Shown: one piece after another, positions 50,773 to 60,989 of the stretch
Layout of the letters: each line of letters opens with the position of its first letter
Position numbering within the stretch: position 1 is the stretch's first letter
From: Nitrospirota bacterium
GTDB lineage: Bacteria > Nitrospirota > UBA9217
Direction of reading: 5' to 3'
NCBI GenBank assembly: GCA_963737155.1
Contig: CAVTRN010000002.1
Location: forward strand, 288,001-352,000
Length of the DNA: 64,000 bases
Program-made: the position numbers and the translations under genes
Notes under the pieces: generated by a model
What the model was told of the DNA's origin: nothing
The model's input: only the letters and a program-made list of their open reading frames with translations
Database searches by the model: none

Positions 50773-52464
50773 GTGTCAACTAGGAAAAGCACCAAAAATA
50801 AGAATGGTGGTGGAAAAGACACCCTGTCATTCACTGCAAATATGCTTCTGGATGATCACCCCTACCCGGAAATAAAGACCTCTCTTTATGCCATCCTCGA
50901 CGATACGGGCATCTTGTATGGCCGTATAAAGCGGACCCTGTTTAAAGACTGCATTCGCTCCGGCAAAAAAACAACAGAATTAAAGAACGAATACCTGTTA
51001 ACGTACAAGATCACTGCACGGCAGTACAATGCAGTCCGCTATGACCTGGACGGGAATATCAAGGCGGTAACGGAAATCAACAAGCTCAGAATCCTGGATC
51101 TTGAAGAGAAAATAATATCAGTAAAAAAGTGGATAGCAAACAATGAGTCAAGAATACTCAAAATAACGGATGATGTGAGTATCCCAAGCACTGAAAAAAA
51201 GATCCAGGCAAAGGAGCTTCAGTATCGTGTTGATAATAAGAAACGAAAGCTTGCTTCTTTGGAGCAAAAGCTTTCCAAGCTCAGGGAAGATCAGAAAAAC
51301 CGGCGGGTAAGGATTTGTTTCGGGTCAAACAAGATATTCAGAAAACAATTTTCCCTGGAGGAAAACGGGTACAAAAGCCACAATGAATGGCTCCTGGACT
51401 GGAAAAGGTCTCGCAATAACACTTTCTTTTGCCTTGGCTCGAAGGACGAATCGGGCGGGAACCAAACGTGCACCCTGAAGTCCGATGGGACGATGAGATT
51501 AAGGGTCCCTGATTGTATGAAGGACAAATACGGGCATTCCATTGTAATTCCCCGCATAAAATATCCCTATGGTCAGGAACATATCGAAACGGCCCTTCAG
51601 GCCGGAATAGCGATTTCTCACAGGTTTACCAGGGGCGAGAAGGGCTGGTACCTGCACACGACGGTAGATGTTCCAAAGGCAAAAACAGTTACTTACAAGC
51701 CAAAGGAAATCGGGTCTATCGGAGTGGACGTCAATGAAAAAGAAATCGCGGTTAGCGAGACCGACCGGTACGGGAATTATGTCAGGAGCATAACATATCC
51801 ATCCTGCGTTAAGGATTTGCGTACTGAACAGACAGAAGCAATGTATAGCGATATCTGCAAGTCCATCGTGGACCGGGCAGCCAAGACGAGAAAACCTATA
51901 TCCCACGAAGAACTCGATTTTAGCAAGAAGAAAGCTTCCTTAAAAGAGCAGGGCGTTACTTACGCAAGGATGCTTTCCGGTTTCGCCTACGGAACCTTCC
52001 TCACCCTGCTGGATAGAAGGGCGGCAAAACATGGCGTTTCCGTGCTCCCGGTCAACCCTGCTTTCACCACGACCATAGGGAAATTTAATTACGTGGACCG
52101 CTATGGTATTACGTCGCATGAAGCTGCGGCGCTGGCCATCGCGAGACGCTCTCAACATTTCAGTGAAAGGCCTGATTCCGCCAGAATCGCGCCTCCCGTA
52201 CCTGCAAGGAATCGGGGGGTGCATATCTGGAGCATTTGGAGAAGGCTGAAGACGAGACGGGCGGGCGGTAGCATTAGCCTGACCGGCTCAAGGCGGTCCT
52301 TACAGGACTCCTCAGGTTGCGCTGAACCACAAACGAAATTTACATCAACGAAGACAGCGCAATCCATGCGGCCACCTCTTGCTACAATAAAGAGTGTGCA
52401 CCGCCGCATGGGATCCCAATTCAAAAATCACGGGACTTGGGTGAATCAGAGGCATGCGCCCTGA
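50773..52464 (+). CDS. tnpB: Long TnpB-related RuvC protein (563 aa)
   Basis: RuvC-I IGVDVN, RuvC-II HEELDF, VNPAFTT, RuvC-III region SHEAAALAIARR; no C-terminal zinc finger. Confidence 0.85.
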   Translation: MSTRKSTKNKNGGGKDTLSFTANMLLDDHPYPEIKTSLYAILDDTGILYGRIKRTLFKDCIRSGKKTTELKNEYLLTYKITARQYNAVRYDLDGNIKAVTEINKLRILDLEEKIISVKKWIANNESRILKITDDVSIPSTEKKIQAKELQYRVDNKKRKLASLEQKLSKLREDQKNRRVRICFGSNKIFRKQFSLEENGYKSHNEWLLDWKRSRNNTFFCLGSKDESGGNQTCTLKSDGTMRLRVPDCMKDKYGHSIVIPRIKYPYGQEHIETALQAGIAISHRFTRGEKGWYLHTTVDVPKAKTVTYKPKEIGSIGVDVNEKEIAVSETDRYGNYVRSITYPSCVKDLRTEQTEAMYSDICKSIVDRAAKTRKPISHEELDFSKKKASLKEQGVTYARMLSGFAYGTFLTLLDRRAAKHGVSVLPVNPAFTTTIGKFNYVDRYGITSHEAAALAIARRSQHFSERPDSARIAPPVPARNRGVHIWSIWRRLKTRRAGGSISLTGSRRSLQDSSGCAEPQTKFTSTKTAQSMRPPLATIKSVHRRMGSQFKNHGTWVNQRHAP

Positions 52465-52538
52465 CGTTAACCGGCAGCAGCACTGTTCGGCTGCCGTCCT
52501 AGTATGTGGAAATAAAATACTATGGTTCCAGGAACGGT
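52445..52538 (+). ncRNA. Putative omega-RNA scaffold 3' part
   Basis: Overlaps tnpB stop and ends at the element boundary; hairpin CGGCAGC/GCTGCCG whose loop CTGTTC can pair with terminal GAACGG (pseudoknot). Confidence 0.65.
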
Positions 52539-52676
52539 GTCAAATTCGGAGTAGCAAAAGTCGTTAAACATGCAATTCTCCGCACAAAGAAGTAATCACC
52601 CCCCTTTGTTTTGTTATTCTAAGCCCATTCCCAATCGAGGGGGCGACCGTACTCGCGGCTAAATGGGGAAGGGCTC

Positions 52677-53013
52677 TCATAGTCTATCTGAAACGCCGCG
52701 GTGTCGCGTCCTGATTTTCGGCGAGCATTGGCGTCGCGCTTCGTTCAAACACAAGCATTTCTGGTACTGCAGCGGGCTCATGGCCGTTACCGCTCGGAAA
52801 TGATGGTGGAAGGTCGATGTACGCAGGTTATCCTGCGCTGCGAAGTAATCGATGCGCAACGGCTGTGTGAAGGTACTCTTCAACCAATCGATTGCCCGCG
52901 CTATCTGTTGACTCTGACTTCCCGCCGATGATCGGCGCAAGGACCGGGATATCCTTCGGGTCAGTAAGCAAGTCGATCAACCGTTGAACACTTGACACTT
53001 GCTCAATCCTCAA
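52677..53013 (-). pseudogene. AraC-family regulator remnant
   Basis: IARAIDWLK..STFHHHFRAVTAMSPLQYQK..L.EARR, frameshifted. Confidence 0.75.
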
Positions 53014-53774
53014 TAATACTATAATAAAGATAAAGCGCTCCCTTTTCGTGGAAAAAAGGCAACTCCTACCGCGATTGTGGGAGGCCGCCGCTGGTGATTT
53101 AAATGTGGCTATGAAAATAGCACTTTAGTCGGATTGATATATTCTTGAAGCGGACGATCCTTAAGAAAAGAATTCGGCTCCCAACAGATCCGATGTCGTC
53201 CGTGTTAGTAGCCGTCCGCGGAAAAGGCGGATGCGACCGCAGATCTCACGGAGTCCACACGCTTTCTCTATGATTATGTGGCGGAGGTATCGGACTGATA
53301 TTCGAATTGGTGTTCCATTGCCTCTGGGAGCCTGTGCATGTGGCGAGGGTGAACCTTGTGTACTTCAGCCTGCACGCCGGCCGCGTTCGGCTGAAGTTGT
53401 TTGATCATCCCGCAAAAGCCATGATCGCTTCCGATGACATGTTTCTGCCTGGCTAGAAGGACAACAAGTACACCACAAATCCTAATGCGGAACAACGAGG
53501 AACGCAGTTGAACTACGCGCCAGTGCTACTGGTGTGTGGTGAAGACGATCTCCTCTTTACAGAATCTGCCAGCCGGAAGATCTTTCAGCGCTATTACAGC
53601 TCGGGGTACAGGTTCAGCATAACGTATACCCCGGTTTTTGACACGATCCGGTCGTCTACACCTTGATGATAGATCATCTGGACTGGAGCGCAGACTGGTT
53701 TGCCGGAGAACCGGCGCCAAACAATTGTCCCTCGTATTCTAAAAATGTCAATGCGTATCAGGCAGGAGTGAAAA

Positions 53775-54923
53775 TTGGTCTCTGACACAACGAAGCAGAA
53801 AGCCGAGGTGACCCTGCTGCGTCTTCCCGACGCCACGCTAACAGTGCGCCTATCAGGGGAATGGAAATTGGGAAGGCAGCTGTCGCAGGGTGAGGAGTTC
53901 CGGCGCCAGATCGAGTCCGCCGGCACGGTCAGCCGAATCACCCTTGATACTCAAGCAATGACAGCATGGGACAGCGGCCTCATTACCTTTCTCCTACATA
54001 TCATCGAGATTGGCTCTGAATTGCATATTCCTGTCGAGAAGGATAGCCTACCAGCAGGCGTGCAGCGGATCCTGGCCCTTACCTCTGCGGTCCCTGAAAG
54101 TAAAGGTGCCCGCAGGGAAGCAGCGAATATCTCCTTTCTTGACAGGGTCGGCGACTCTGCGATCGCTTTCTGGCATTCTAATCTCGAAATGCTCGCTTTC
54201 ATCGGAGAGGCATCTGTCGCCTTTATGAAGTTGTTCGTTGGAAAGGCCCAGTTCCGCCCCGCGGATCTCCTTCTCTTGATGCAGGAATGCGGTGCGCAAG
54301 CGCTTCCGATTGTCTCCCTCATCAGCATCCTTGTCGGGATCATCCTGGCTTTCATCGGCGCCATCCAGCTTAAAATTTTTGGTGCGCAGATTTACGTCGC
54401 CAGCCTCGTAGGGATCGGGATGGTCCGGGCACTTGCGGCTATTATGACCGGGATCATTATGGCCGGTCGTACAGGAGCATCATTCGCCGCGCAGCTCGGC
54501 ATGATGCAGGTAAACGAAGAGATCGACGCCTTAAAAACCCTTGGTATCTCGCCTATGGAATTGCTCGTGGTCCCGAGAATGCTCGCCCTTTTTCTGATGA
54601 TGCCTCTTTTAAGTCTTTACGCAAATCTGATGGGATTACTCGGAGGTTTGATCATTGGGGTCTCGATGCTTGATTTGGGTTTCATGGAATATTACAACAA
54701 TACACGGGAATACGTGCACCTGAACGACTTGTGGGTCGGGCTCTTCAGTGCCGCGGTCTTCGGCATCCTCGTGGCACTAGCAGGCTGTCTTCGCGGGCTG
54801 CAGTCCGGACGGAGCGCTTCAGCAGTCGGTGAAGCGACAACCTCTGCAGTGGTGACAAGCATAGTCAGCATTGTTGTGGCGATGGCGTTGATAACCTTTG
54901 TTTGTTATATGCTGAATATCTGA
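53775..54923 (+). CDS. mlaE: STAS + MlaE ABC permease
   Basis: AGRTGASFAAQLG.M.VNEEIDAL..LG, VGEATTSAVV. Confidence 0.9.
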   Translation: MVSDTTKQKAEVTLLRLPDATLTVRLSGEWKLGRQLSQGEEFRRQIESAGTVSRITLDTQAMTAWDSGLITFLLHIIEIGSELHIPVEKDSLPAGVQRILALTSAVPESKGARREAANISFLDRVGDSAIAFWHSNLEMLAFIGEASVAFMKLFVGKAQFRPADLLLLMQECGAQALPIVSLISILVGIILAFIGAIQLKIFGAQIYVASLVGIGMVRALAAIMTGIIMAGRTGASFAAQLGMMQVNEEIDALKTLGISPMELLVVPRMLALFLMMPLLSLYANLMGLLGGLIIGVSMLDLGFMEYYNNTREYVHLNDLWVGLFSAAVFGILVALAGCLRGLQSGRSASAVGEATTSAVVTSIVSIVVAMALITFVCYMLNI

Positions 54924-54939
54924 GGAGTACAGAGCGGAG

Positions 54940-55701
54940 ATGAAGAAAGCAGAGCCACATATTGTTGTACAGGACCTGACCGTGGCCTATGGGAGTAATG
55001 TGATCCTGCATGACCTAACCTTTACCATTAACAGGGGCGATATATTTATAATAATGGGAGTAAATGGTGGAGGCAAGAGCACCGTTTTGCGGAGTATGGT
55101 CGGACTCCTTCCTCCGACAAAAGGACAGGTCCTCTATGACGGCTTGAGCTACTGGTCCGCAGAGCCCGAAGAACAGAAGAGCATCATGAGAAAATTCGGC
55201 ATACTCTATCAGAGCGGCGCCCTCTGGAGTTCTCTCACCCTTGCCGAAAACATTGCCCTCCCGCTCCAGCAATACACGGATCTGAGCCCAGGTCAAATTA
55301 AGAAGATTGTCTTGCTCAAGCTCGCAATTGTCGGACTTGCCGGCTTCGAGGAGTACTATCCATCCGAGATCAGCGGTGGTATGAAGAAGCGCGCCGGCCT
55401 GGCCCGCGCCATGGCATTAGACCCTGATATCCTTTTCTTCGATGAGCCTTCTGCGGGGCTAGACCCGATCAGCGCCCATCTGCTTGACGAGCTGATCATC
55501 GAACTGAGAAATAGTCTCGGAACTACAGTCGTTGTTTTGACCCATGATTTGGCGAGCATCTTTGCGATCGGGAACAACTCGGTCTTTCTCGACGCCGACA
55601 CGAAAACGATGATCGCTGTGGGAGAGCCCAGGATACTTCTCGCCGAGTCAAAGGACCCCAAAGTGATTAACTTTCTGACCCGGGGAGAGGGACGTGTATA
55701 A
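54940..55701 (+). CDS. mlaF: MlaF-type ABC ATPase
   Basis: GVNGGGKST, ISGGMKKRAGLARA, FDEPSAGLDP. Confidence 0.9.
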   Translation: MKKAEPHIVVQDLTVAYGSNVILHDLTFTINRGDIFIIMGVNGGGKSTVLRSMVGLLPPTKGQVLYDGLSYWSAEPEEQKSIMRKFGILYQSGALWSSLTLAENIALPLQQYTDLSPGQIKKIVLLKLAIVGLAGFEEYYPSEISGGMKKRAGLARAMALDPDILFFDEPSAGLDPISAHLLDELIIELRNSLGTTVVVLTHDLASIFAIGNNSVFLDADTKTMIAVGEPRILLAESKDPKVINFLTRGEGRV

Positions 55702-55740
55702 AAGTGATATGATCGATATCTATAATTGAGGTGAAAAATA

Positions 55741-56742
55741 ATGAGTAAACAGGCAAGCAGAACGCTCATCGGCGCTTTTGTCCTGGGCGCTTTGGGACTT
55801 ATCGTTGCGGGCGTAGTCGTTTTTGGTTCGGGCAGGTTTTTCAGGAAGGTCAATAGGGATGTGATGTTCTTTGAGGGCTCGGTGAAAGGACTTCAGATCG
55901 GGGCACCGGTTGTGTTCCGTGGCGTCCAGATAGGACAGGTGACCAAGGTTGTCCTGGAAATCAATAAAAAAAACCTCAGCGCTCTCATCCCGGTTTACGT
56001 GGAAATCTATCCGCAAAATATCGTGCAAATAGGGGGCGATCATAGCAATGACCAACGGTATCTTCAGGCATTGATAGAGAAGGGATTGAGAGCTCAGCTC
56101 CAGTTACAGAGCTTTGTCACTGGCCAACTCTTGGTCAACCTCGATTTCTACCCGGATACTCCGATCAGGCTTGTAGGTCTCGAAACGGAGTATCCTGAGA
56201 TCCCGACAATTCCTTCGGATCTGGAGCAGCTGACAAAAAGATTAGAGGAGTTGCCGCTCAATGAGATCGCCAACAGATTAAACGAAACCCTTGCAGGAAT
56301 AAATAAGCTCCTCAATTCCCGGGACCTGCAGACAAGCATCGGCTCGTTAAATCGGTTGCTCAAAAACAGTGATGCGCTTGTGAATAATCTTAATGCCGAA
56401 GTCAGGCCGCTAGCTTCAGACATCAAGGGGACAACGGATGCCGCCAGGGCAGCTTTTGTGCAGGCCGAAAAAACACTCAGATTAGATGAAGGCGTGCCTG
56501 GGGAGGTTGCATCGAGTATTAAAGAAACCCTATCGGCAGCCGACGCCACTCTGAAAGAAACACACGCGGCAGTCGAAAATCTCAACGGGATTGCCGTGCA
56601 GAATGCAAATCTCGGATATGAGATAGGCAGGACACTTGAGCAGATCACTCAGCTTTCACGTTCCATCCGTGTTCTGGCGGATTACCTTGAACGCCACCCT
56701 GAAGCACTGCTTAGAGGGAAGAGCCCCGCTAAAGGAGAATGA
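55741..56742 (+). CDS. mlaD: MCE/MlaD-family protein
   Basis: SVKGLQIGAPVVFRGVQIGQV, YLERHPEALLRG. Confidence 0.9.
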   Translation: MSKQASRTLIGAFVLGALGLIVAGVVVFGSGRFFRKVNRDVMFFEGSVKGLQIGAPVVFRGVQIGQVTKVVLEINKKNLSALIPVYVEIYPQNIVQIGGDHSNDQRYLQALIEKGLRAQLQLQSFVTGQLLVNLDFYPDTPIRLVGLETEYPEIPTIPSDLEQLTKRLEELPLNEIANRLNETLAGINKLLNSRDLQTSIGSLNRLLKNSDALVNNLNAEVRPLASDIKGTTDAARAAFVQAEKTLRLDEGVPGEVASSIKETLSAADATLKETHAAVENLNGIAVQNANLGYEIGRTLEQITQLSRSIRVLADYLERHPEALLRGKSPAKGE

Positions 56743-57384
56743 ATGAGAACTATTCGTTTGGATCAGCATACGCTTGTTACCCTCGCATTATTCGTGGTAA
56801 TTCTCACCGGGTGCGCCAGTTCACCGCCGTCGAAGTTCTATCAGTTAAACCCGGTGCAGAGCAGGACTTCGGTCGACCATGATGTCGCGCCCTACCAAAA
56901 CTTGGTCATTGCCATAGGTCCCATTAGCATACCTGACTATCTGGACCGACCCCAGATAGTGACCCGCAATGGCCAGAATGAACTTAAACTCTCGGAATTT
57001 GACCGATGGGCCGGCTCTTTGGAGAGCGATGTCAACCGTGTTCTCGCAGAGGACATCTCGAGCATTCTTCCTGTGGATCGTTTTTCTATCGTGTGTTGGA
57101 CGACACCCTACCTGGAGAGTCAAGTGCCCGCTTCGTATGGAGTCGAAGTGCATGTGGACCGTTTTGAGGGAATGCTCGGTGATTCAGTGCAGTTGAAAGC
57201 CCAATGGGGAGTATTCGCCAAAGACAGGAGTTTGCTCCTGAAAAAAGAATCACGGATCAGCGAACAGATGCATGGCAATAGTTATGGTGCACTTGTTGCT
57301 GCGATGAGTAGTGCTCTTGAAAGACTGAGCCGTGATATCGCGGGAGGAATCATGTCTGTTCTCCCTCAGGAGCCGACAAGATAA
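56743..57384 (+). CDS. pqiC: PqiC-like ABC auxiliary lipoprotein
   Basis: Lipobox LTGC; IPDYLDRPQIV, DRWA. Confidence 0.85.
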   Translation: MRTIRLDQHTLVTLALFVVILTGCASSPPSKFYQLNPVQSRTSVDHDVAPYQNLVIAIGPISIPDYLDRPQIVTRNGQNELKLSEFDRWAGSLESDVNRVLAEDISSILPVDRFSIVCWTTPYLESQVPASYGVEVHVDRFEGMLGDSVQLKAQWGVFAKDRSLLLKKESRISEQMHGNSYGALVAAMSSALERLSRDIAGGIMSVLPQEPTR

Positions 57385-57471
57385 TCTAGAACAAAGTACA
57401 CAAGTTCAATACATGAAGCTGCTCGATTACATCGCGCAGCGTTTTAGCGGACGGAACAACGCGGCCCCATT

Positions 57472-57882
57472 TCATTCATTGGTCGAAGCCATCAGCCGCT
57501 GCCTGTCCTTGAACAGCATCTCGCATTTGTGGGCATGGAGCTTCATTACAATGCCCTTGCCGAACGTTTGGTGATTTACAATGTCGCCTATGCGGTATTT
57601 CGAAGCCATGCTGTAATCACGCTCTTTTCCTTTTGCCTCTGCGAGACCGGCCGTCCAGATGATCTCCGCTGTCGCTGCTTCTCCGGCACCTTTTTTCGCT
57701 CTCGGTTTCCGGACTTTTTGAGCTTCAAGGGGACTCCTGAATTTGTGCATGCTGCCGCACATCTTGCATCTCACTTTTGCGATCGTTTCTCCATCCATTG
57801 TCATGATGGTATGATCGCGATTCACCTTGCACTTCCCGCAATAGGAATCAATGTTAAAACCCGCCGAATTCTTTTCCACCAT
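57472..57882 (-). CDS. Zinc-ribbon hypothetical protein
   Basis: CGKCK..H, CKMCGS.H, H.TFG.G.V. Confidence 0.75.
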   Translation of the reverse strand: MVEKNSAGFNIDSYCGKCKVNRDHTIMTMDGETIAKVRCKMCGSMHKFRSPLEAQKVRKPRAKKGAGEAATAEIIWTAGLAEAKGKERDYSMASKYRIGDIVNHQTFGKGIVMKLHAHKCEMLFKDRQRLMASTNE

Positions 57883-58430
57883 ATTGCCTCCTCATTATTT
57901 GTTTACGACGAACAAGTCTGTGCTGTGAAACTGATCGGAGAGAGGGGTGAAGGCCTGAAGCTACGCTTCTCTAGGATAGAGTCATTATACACTTTACTCG
58001 CGGAAAAGCTAGTAGTCACGACATACTGGCCTGATGGCAATATCTTTGAGGCAACGAACGAATATTACGGCCCGGCCCAGTCGGTCTTTGGCATGTATTC
58101 ACGAAATGATCAAGCGGAAGCGGAAATAGTCTATACATGGTGATTGTATCCCTCTCACTCGTCCCTTCGCACTCCTGAGCAAATATTCGCGATCTGTCGT
58201 TGATATTCTCCCTGACCTGAAAGCGGAGGATTCCCGAATCAGGCGGTAGTGCACTGAGATTCGCTGCTGATTCTGTTAGCAACGGTGGCAGAGATGCTTG
58301 CCACCGTTGCTGCCACCCTCCGCGACACCAGTCCTGCGAGAAAAGGGGCTGCGATAATCGATGAAGGACTGCGCGCTCTTGTTGATCCCTATCTAATGAA
58401 GATGGCCCTTGCCAACCTGTTTGCCCCTGC

Positions 58431-58650
58431 GTGAAGATTATTACCGATAAGTTTCACATTATTCAACACCTATTACAACCCTTCAACGCTGTGCGCTTCC
58501 AGGAGATTTGCAAGGGTGGGAAAGGGATGAAAAAAAGGCTGTCGGGAGAAAAAGCTTATCCTGCGTTCCCATCAGCCCCATGTGCAAAGGAATGCGCGAG
58601 TGGCGCTCAACGACACCTTGCGTGCGAACAGTCGATTGGTGAAGTCGCAT
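58431..58650 (+). mobile_element. Internal ISL3 transposase fragment
   Basis: DKFHIIQHLL..NAVR.QEI.K matches the transposase at 21945-23210. Confidence 0.75.
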
Positions 58651-58859
58651 TTAATGTAGCTATTGTTAAAAAAAATAGAGCTGAATCCGAGGCTCTCTAT
58701 AATTCTACTATATTGAAAAAATGTGATACATTGTGGTGACATGCCTATTTTGCGGTAATTTCTTGATCAAATTACGAAAATGATGACATCAGCACCGGTA
58801 ACCAGTTGAATCTATTGCCATAACGTTGGGACACAAAGTGACTATCACTATTAAACTGA

Positions 58860-59435
58860 TTACAATGCTGCCCAGGCAGTCGTGCAAATCCCGCCAGGCG
58901 CAGCAGATAAGTTACTGGTAGTAGCTGTTCCAGCTATGTCACCAACCTTTACCTCTCCGCCTAAGGCAGAGCCAGTAGCATTTTGGGACCAATATAGAGA
59001 CGTCGTTGTGGAATCCATCCCGTAACAGCGGTTCCCCGAAGTATTATCTGAAACTCCGGTATAAGTAACACCTGAACCATTTGCATTAATTAATAAAGAG
59101 TCGTTCTGGGAAAGACCAAAGTTTATGAACGTAGCAGAGGATGGAATTGTTGTGCCATTAATTGCATTTTTAGCAACCATGGTGCTAACCGTTGCGTTGG
59201 TGATCACAGTGCCAACAGCACCGGCACCCGCAGTCGATACATACGCCTGCCAATCAGAGTAGAAAGCTTCTTCCGAGGTGCGGGCATTGCGAAGGTCAGC
59301 CAATGCGGCGGCATTATAACCTTTCATACGATACTGAGAGAACTGCGGAATGGCGATGGCGGCTAAAATTGCAATGATGGCCACCACGATAAGAAGTTCT
59401 ATAAGGGTAAAACCTTTGCTGTTTTTAATCTTCAT
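58860..59435 (-). CDS. pilA: Type IVa major pilin
   Basis: KG|FTLIELLIVVAIIAILAAIAIPQF prepilin motif; RBS AGGAGG; C-terminal Cys pair. Confidence 0.9.
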   Translation of the reverse strand: MKIKNSKGFTLIELLIVVAIIAILAAIAIPQFSQYRMKGYNAAALADLRNARTSEEAFYSDWQAYVSTAGAGAVGTVITNATVSTMVAKNAINGTTIPSSATFINFGLSQNDSLLINANGSGVTYTGVSDNTSGNRCYGMDSTTTSLYWSQNATGSALGGEVKVGDIAGTATTSNLSAAPGGICTTAWAAL

Positions 59436-59566
59436 CTTGTTCCTCCTATAAGGTGAGTTGTCATAGATGTACAAAATTACTATACATCATCAATAATTAC
59501 TGCTTCTGTACAACGCTTAATCCTGAATACAGACCCCCTTTGTATTGCGTTTTCCTTTTTTAATAC

Positions 59567-59581
59567 GCACTCTACATGCCA
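59567..59581 (-). promoter_or_regulatory. Sigma54 promoter of pilin
   Basis: TGGCATGTAGAGTGC = GG-N10-GC. Confidence 0.65.
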
Positions 59582-59626
59582 TAATAAAAATAAGCCTGAT
59601 AAGTTGCGGTTCAATTGCTATTTTAT

Positions 59627-59653
59627 TTATCGGCAAATATTTGTAAATCTTTA
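59627..59653 (-). promoter_or_regulatory. Sigma28 (FliA) promoter upstream of pilin
   Basis: TAAA-N15-GCCGATAA exact consensus. Confidence 0.7.
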
Positions 59654-59884
59654 ATTTATTTTTTTCCTAAAATTATTTTTTTGGCTCTTGGCACGGAACC
59701 ATGGGTTGATACGTTCTATAACTTTTTAAGGCAATCATTGAGGGAAACGAAAAAAGATTGAAGTTTGTAACCCATTGAAATTATGAGATTGCCGTCCTGA
59801 CAATGACGGCTTTCAAAAAAAATGTGTAGCCATAATGACATATCCACACATATCGCCTTGAGCCGAAGGATTTTCAGTTATCTG

Positions 59885-60079
59885 CTAAGCGACACATCTT
59901 ACATGAAACTCGCTTCTGAAGAAATCACACTCCAGACAATGGAATAGTTTATCATCAAAATTATCTTGTTTCTCTTCATTACAGATTGTCCCAAGTACAA
60001 GGGCGCACTGATTTCCATTCGAAGGGTATGCAGAGCAGAATTCGCGACAGTCGCATCTTTTAAAGTCCCAGCAATTCAT
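59885..60079 (-). CDS. Small Cys-rich two-CW-type protein
   Basis: NCWDFKRC...C.AY...C...GT.C...C..C.F. Confidence 0.7.
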   Translation of the reverse strand: MNCWDFKRCDCREFCSAYPSNGNQCALVLGTICNEEKQDNFDDKLFHCLECDFFRSEFHVRCVA

Positions 60080-60163
60080 GATTGAGCGCGTCCTTTCGCC
60101 GAGAATGCTCTTATCTCTTCAGTACTTGTTCATCTTCCCCTTGGGAGAAGTGCCCCGGCATTT

Positions 60164-60412
60164 TTATATGGCGCGTTTTTTCAGCACAATTATGAGCGCC
60201 AGATAACTGATGATCGTTGCAGACATGAAGGTATCTGCAATAAACGCCCCCGTTGTTCCCGTTCTTTCCAGTGTTTCAAAGTAATTTGTTGCCAACAGGA
60301 GAAAGGGATAAGCAACCACAACCATGATTTTCCATATACGGGGAATGAATATTGAAAAACTGGTGACCCGATTCTCATCGGCTTGACCACTATCAACGCG
60401 TATTATTCCCAT
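60164..60412 (-). CDS. Small membrane protein
   Basis: RBS GGAGG; two hydrophobic segments. Confidence 0.5.
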   Translation of the reverse strand: MGIIRVDSGQADENRVTSFSIFIPRIWKIMVVVAYPFLLLATNYFETLERTGTTGAFIADTFMSATIISYLALIIVLKKRAI

Positions 60413-60989
60413 ACTTGGCGTCCTCCAATCGAAAATACGGCTAACTTATTGATATTCTTATGCATTGTTTATGGTAACCTCAATTCTAACTAATTGTCGC
60501 TTGGCTACTTTGTATGAGCGGATGTTTTATTTTACATTATCACAATAAAATTGGTTTGTCAAGTTTTTAGTTGTTTTTTTCGGGACGCCTTCCCGCGCCT
60601 TCATAATGAAATAAAGTTCGAAAGAACGGGGATTGGCCCAGCCCTCGTCGAACGGATTATTCGCCATCACGAAGGGAAAAAGCTGAGCGGAGGGAGAGGT
60701 TGCTAAGGGGCGACGATCTATTTCACGCTCGGACAATAAAAGGACTAGGTGTCACTGATACATGATACAATGAGAAATCTTTGCCCATGTCGTAAATTGA
60801 CATTACAATGTTGTAGGTGGAAACGAGATAGACATAATTTTTGATGTGGTGTAAAATCCATGTCCTCAGTATCGCTTCCGAGTCCTATGACGTTTTTTAT
60901 CATTTTAAACAAATTTACCCACCACCACGATTGAGAGCGAGGTCAACGCGATGGTCAGTCGAAGCTGTAATGCCGAAAGGAGAGCAACG

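Larger units (their letters stand above)
50658..52538 (+). mobile_element. Non-autonomous TnpB-carrying element (IS607 / IS200-IS605-like)
   Basis: Ends defined by interruption of HU; GGT at both junctions (50655-57, 52536-38); no terminal IRs; no intact TnpA. Confidence 0.8.
50431..52595 (+). pseudogene. HU pseudogene split by the TnpB-like element (50431-50657 and 52539-52595)
   Basis: Both parts align with HU at 36444; rejoining at GGT restores IKAKKGVKFGVAKVVKHAILRTKK*. Confidence 0.85.

Noticed and set aside
58278-58311. 13-bp perfect inverted repeat as element end or terminator
   Set aside because: Single occurrence within an apparent histidine-kinase remnant, no U-tract.
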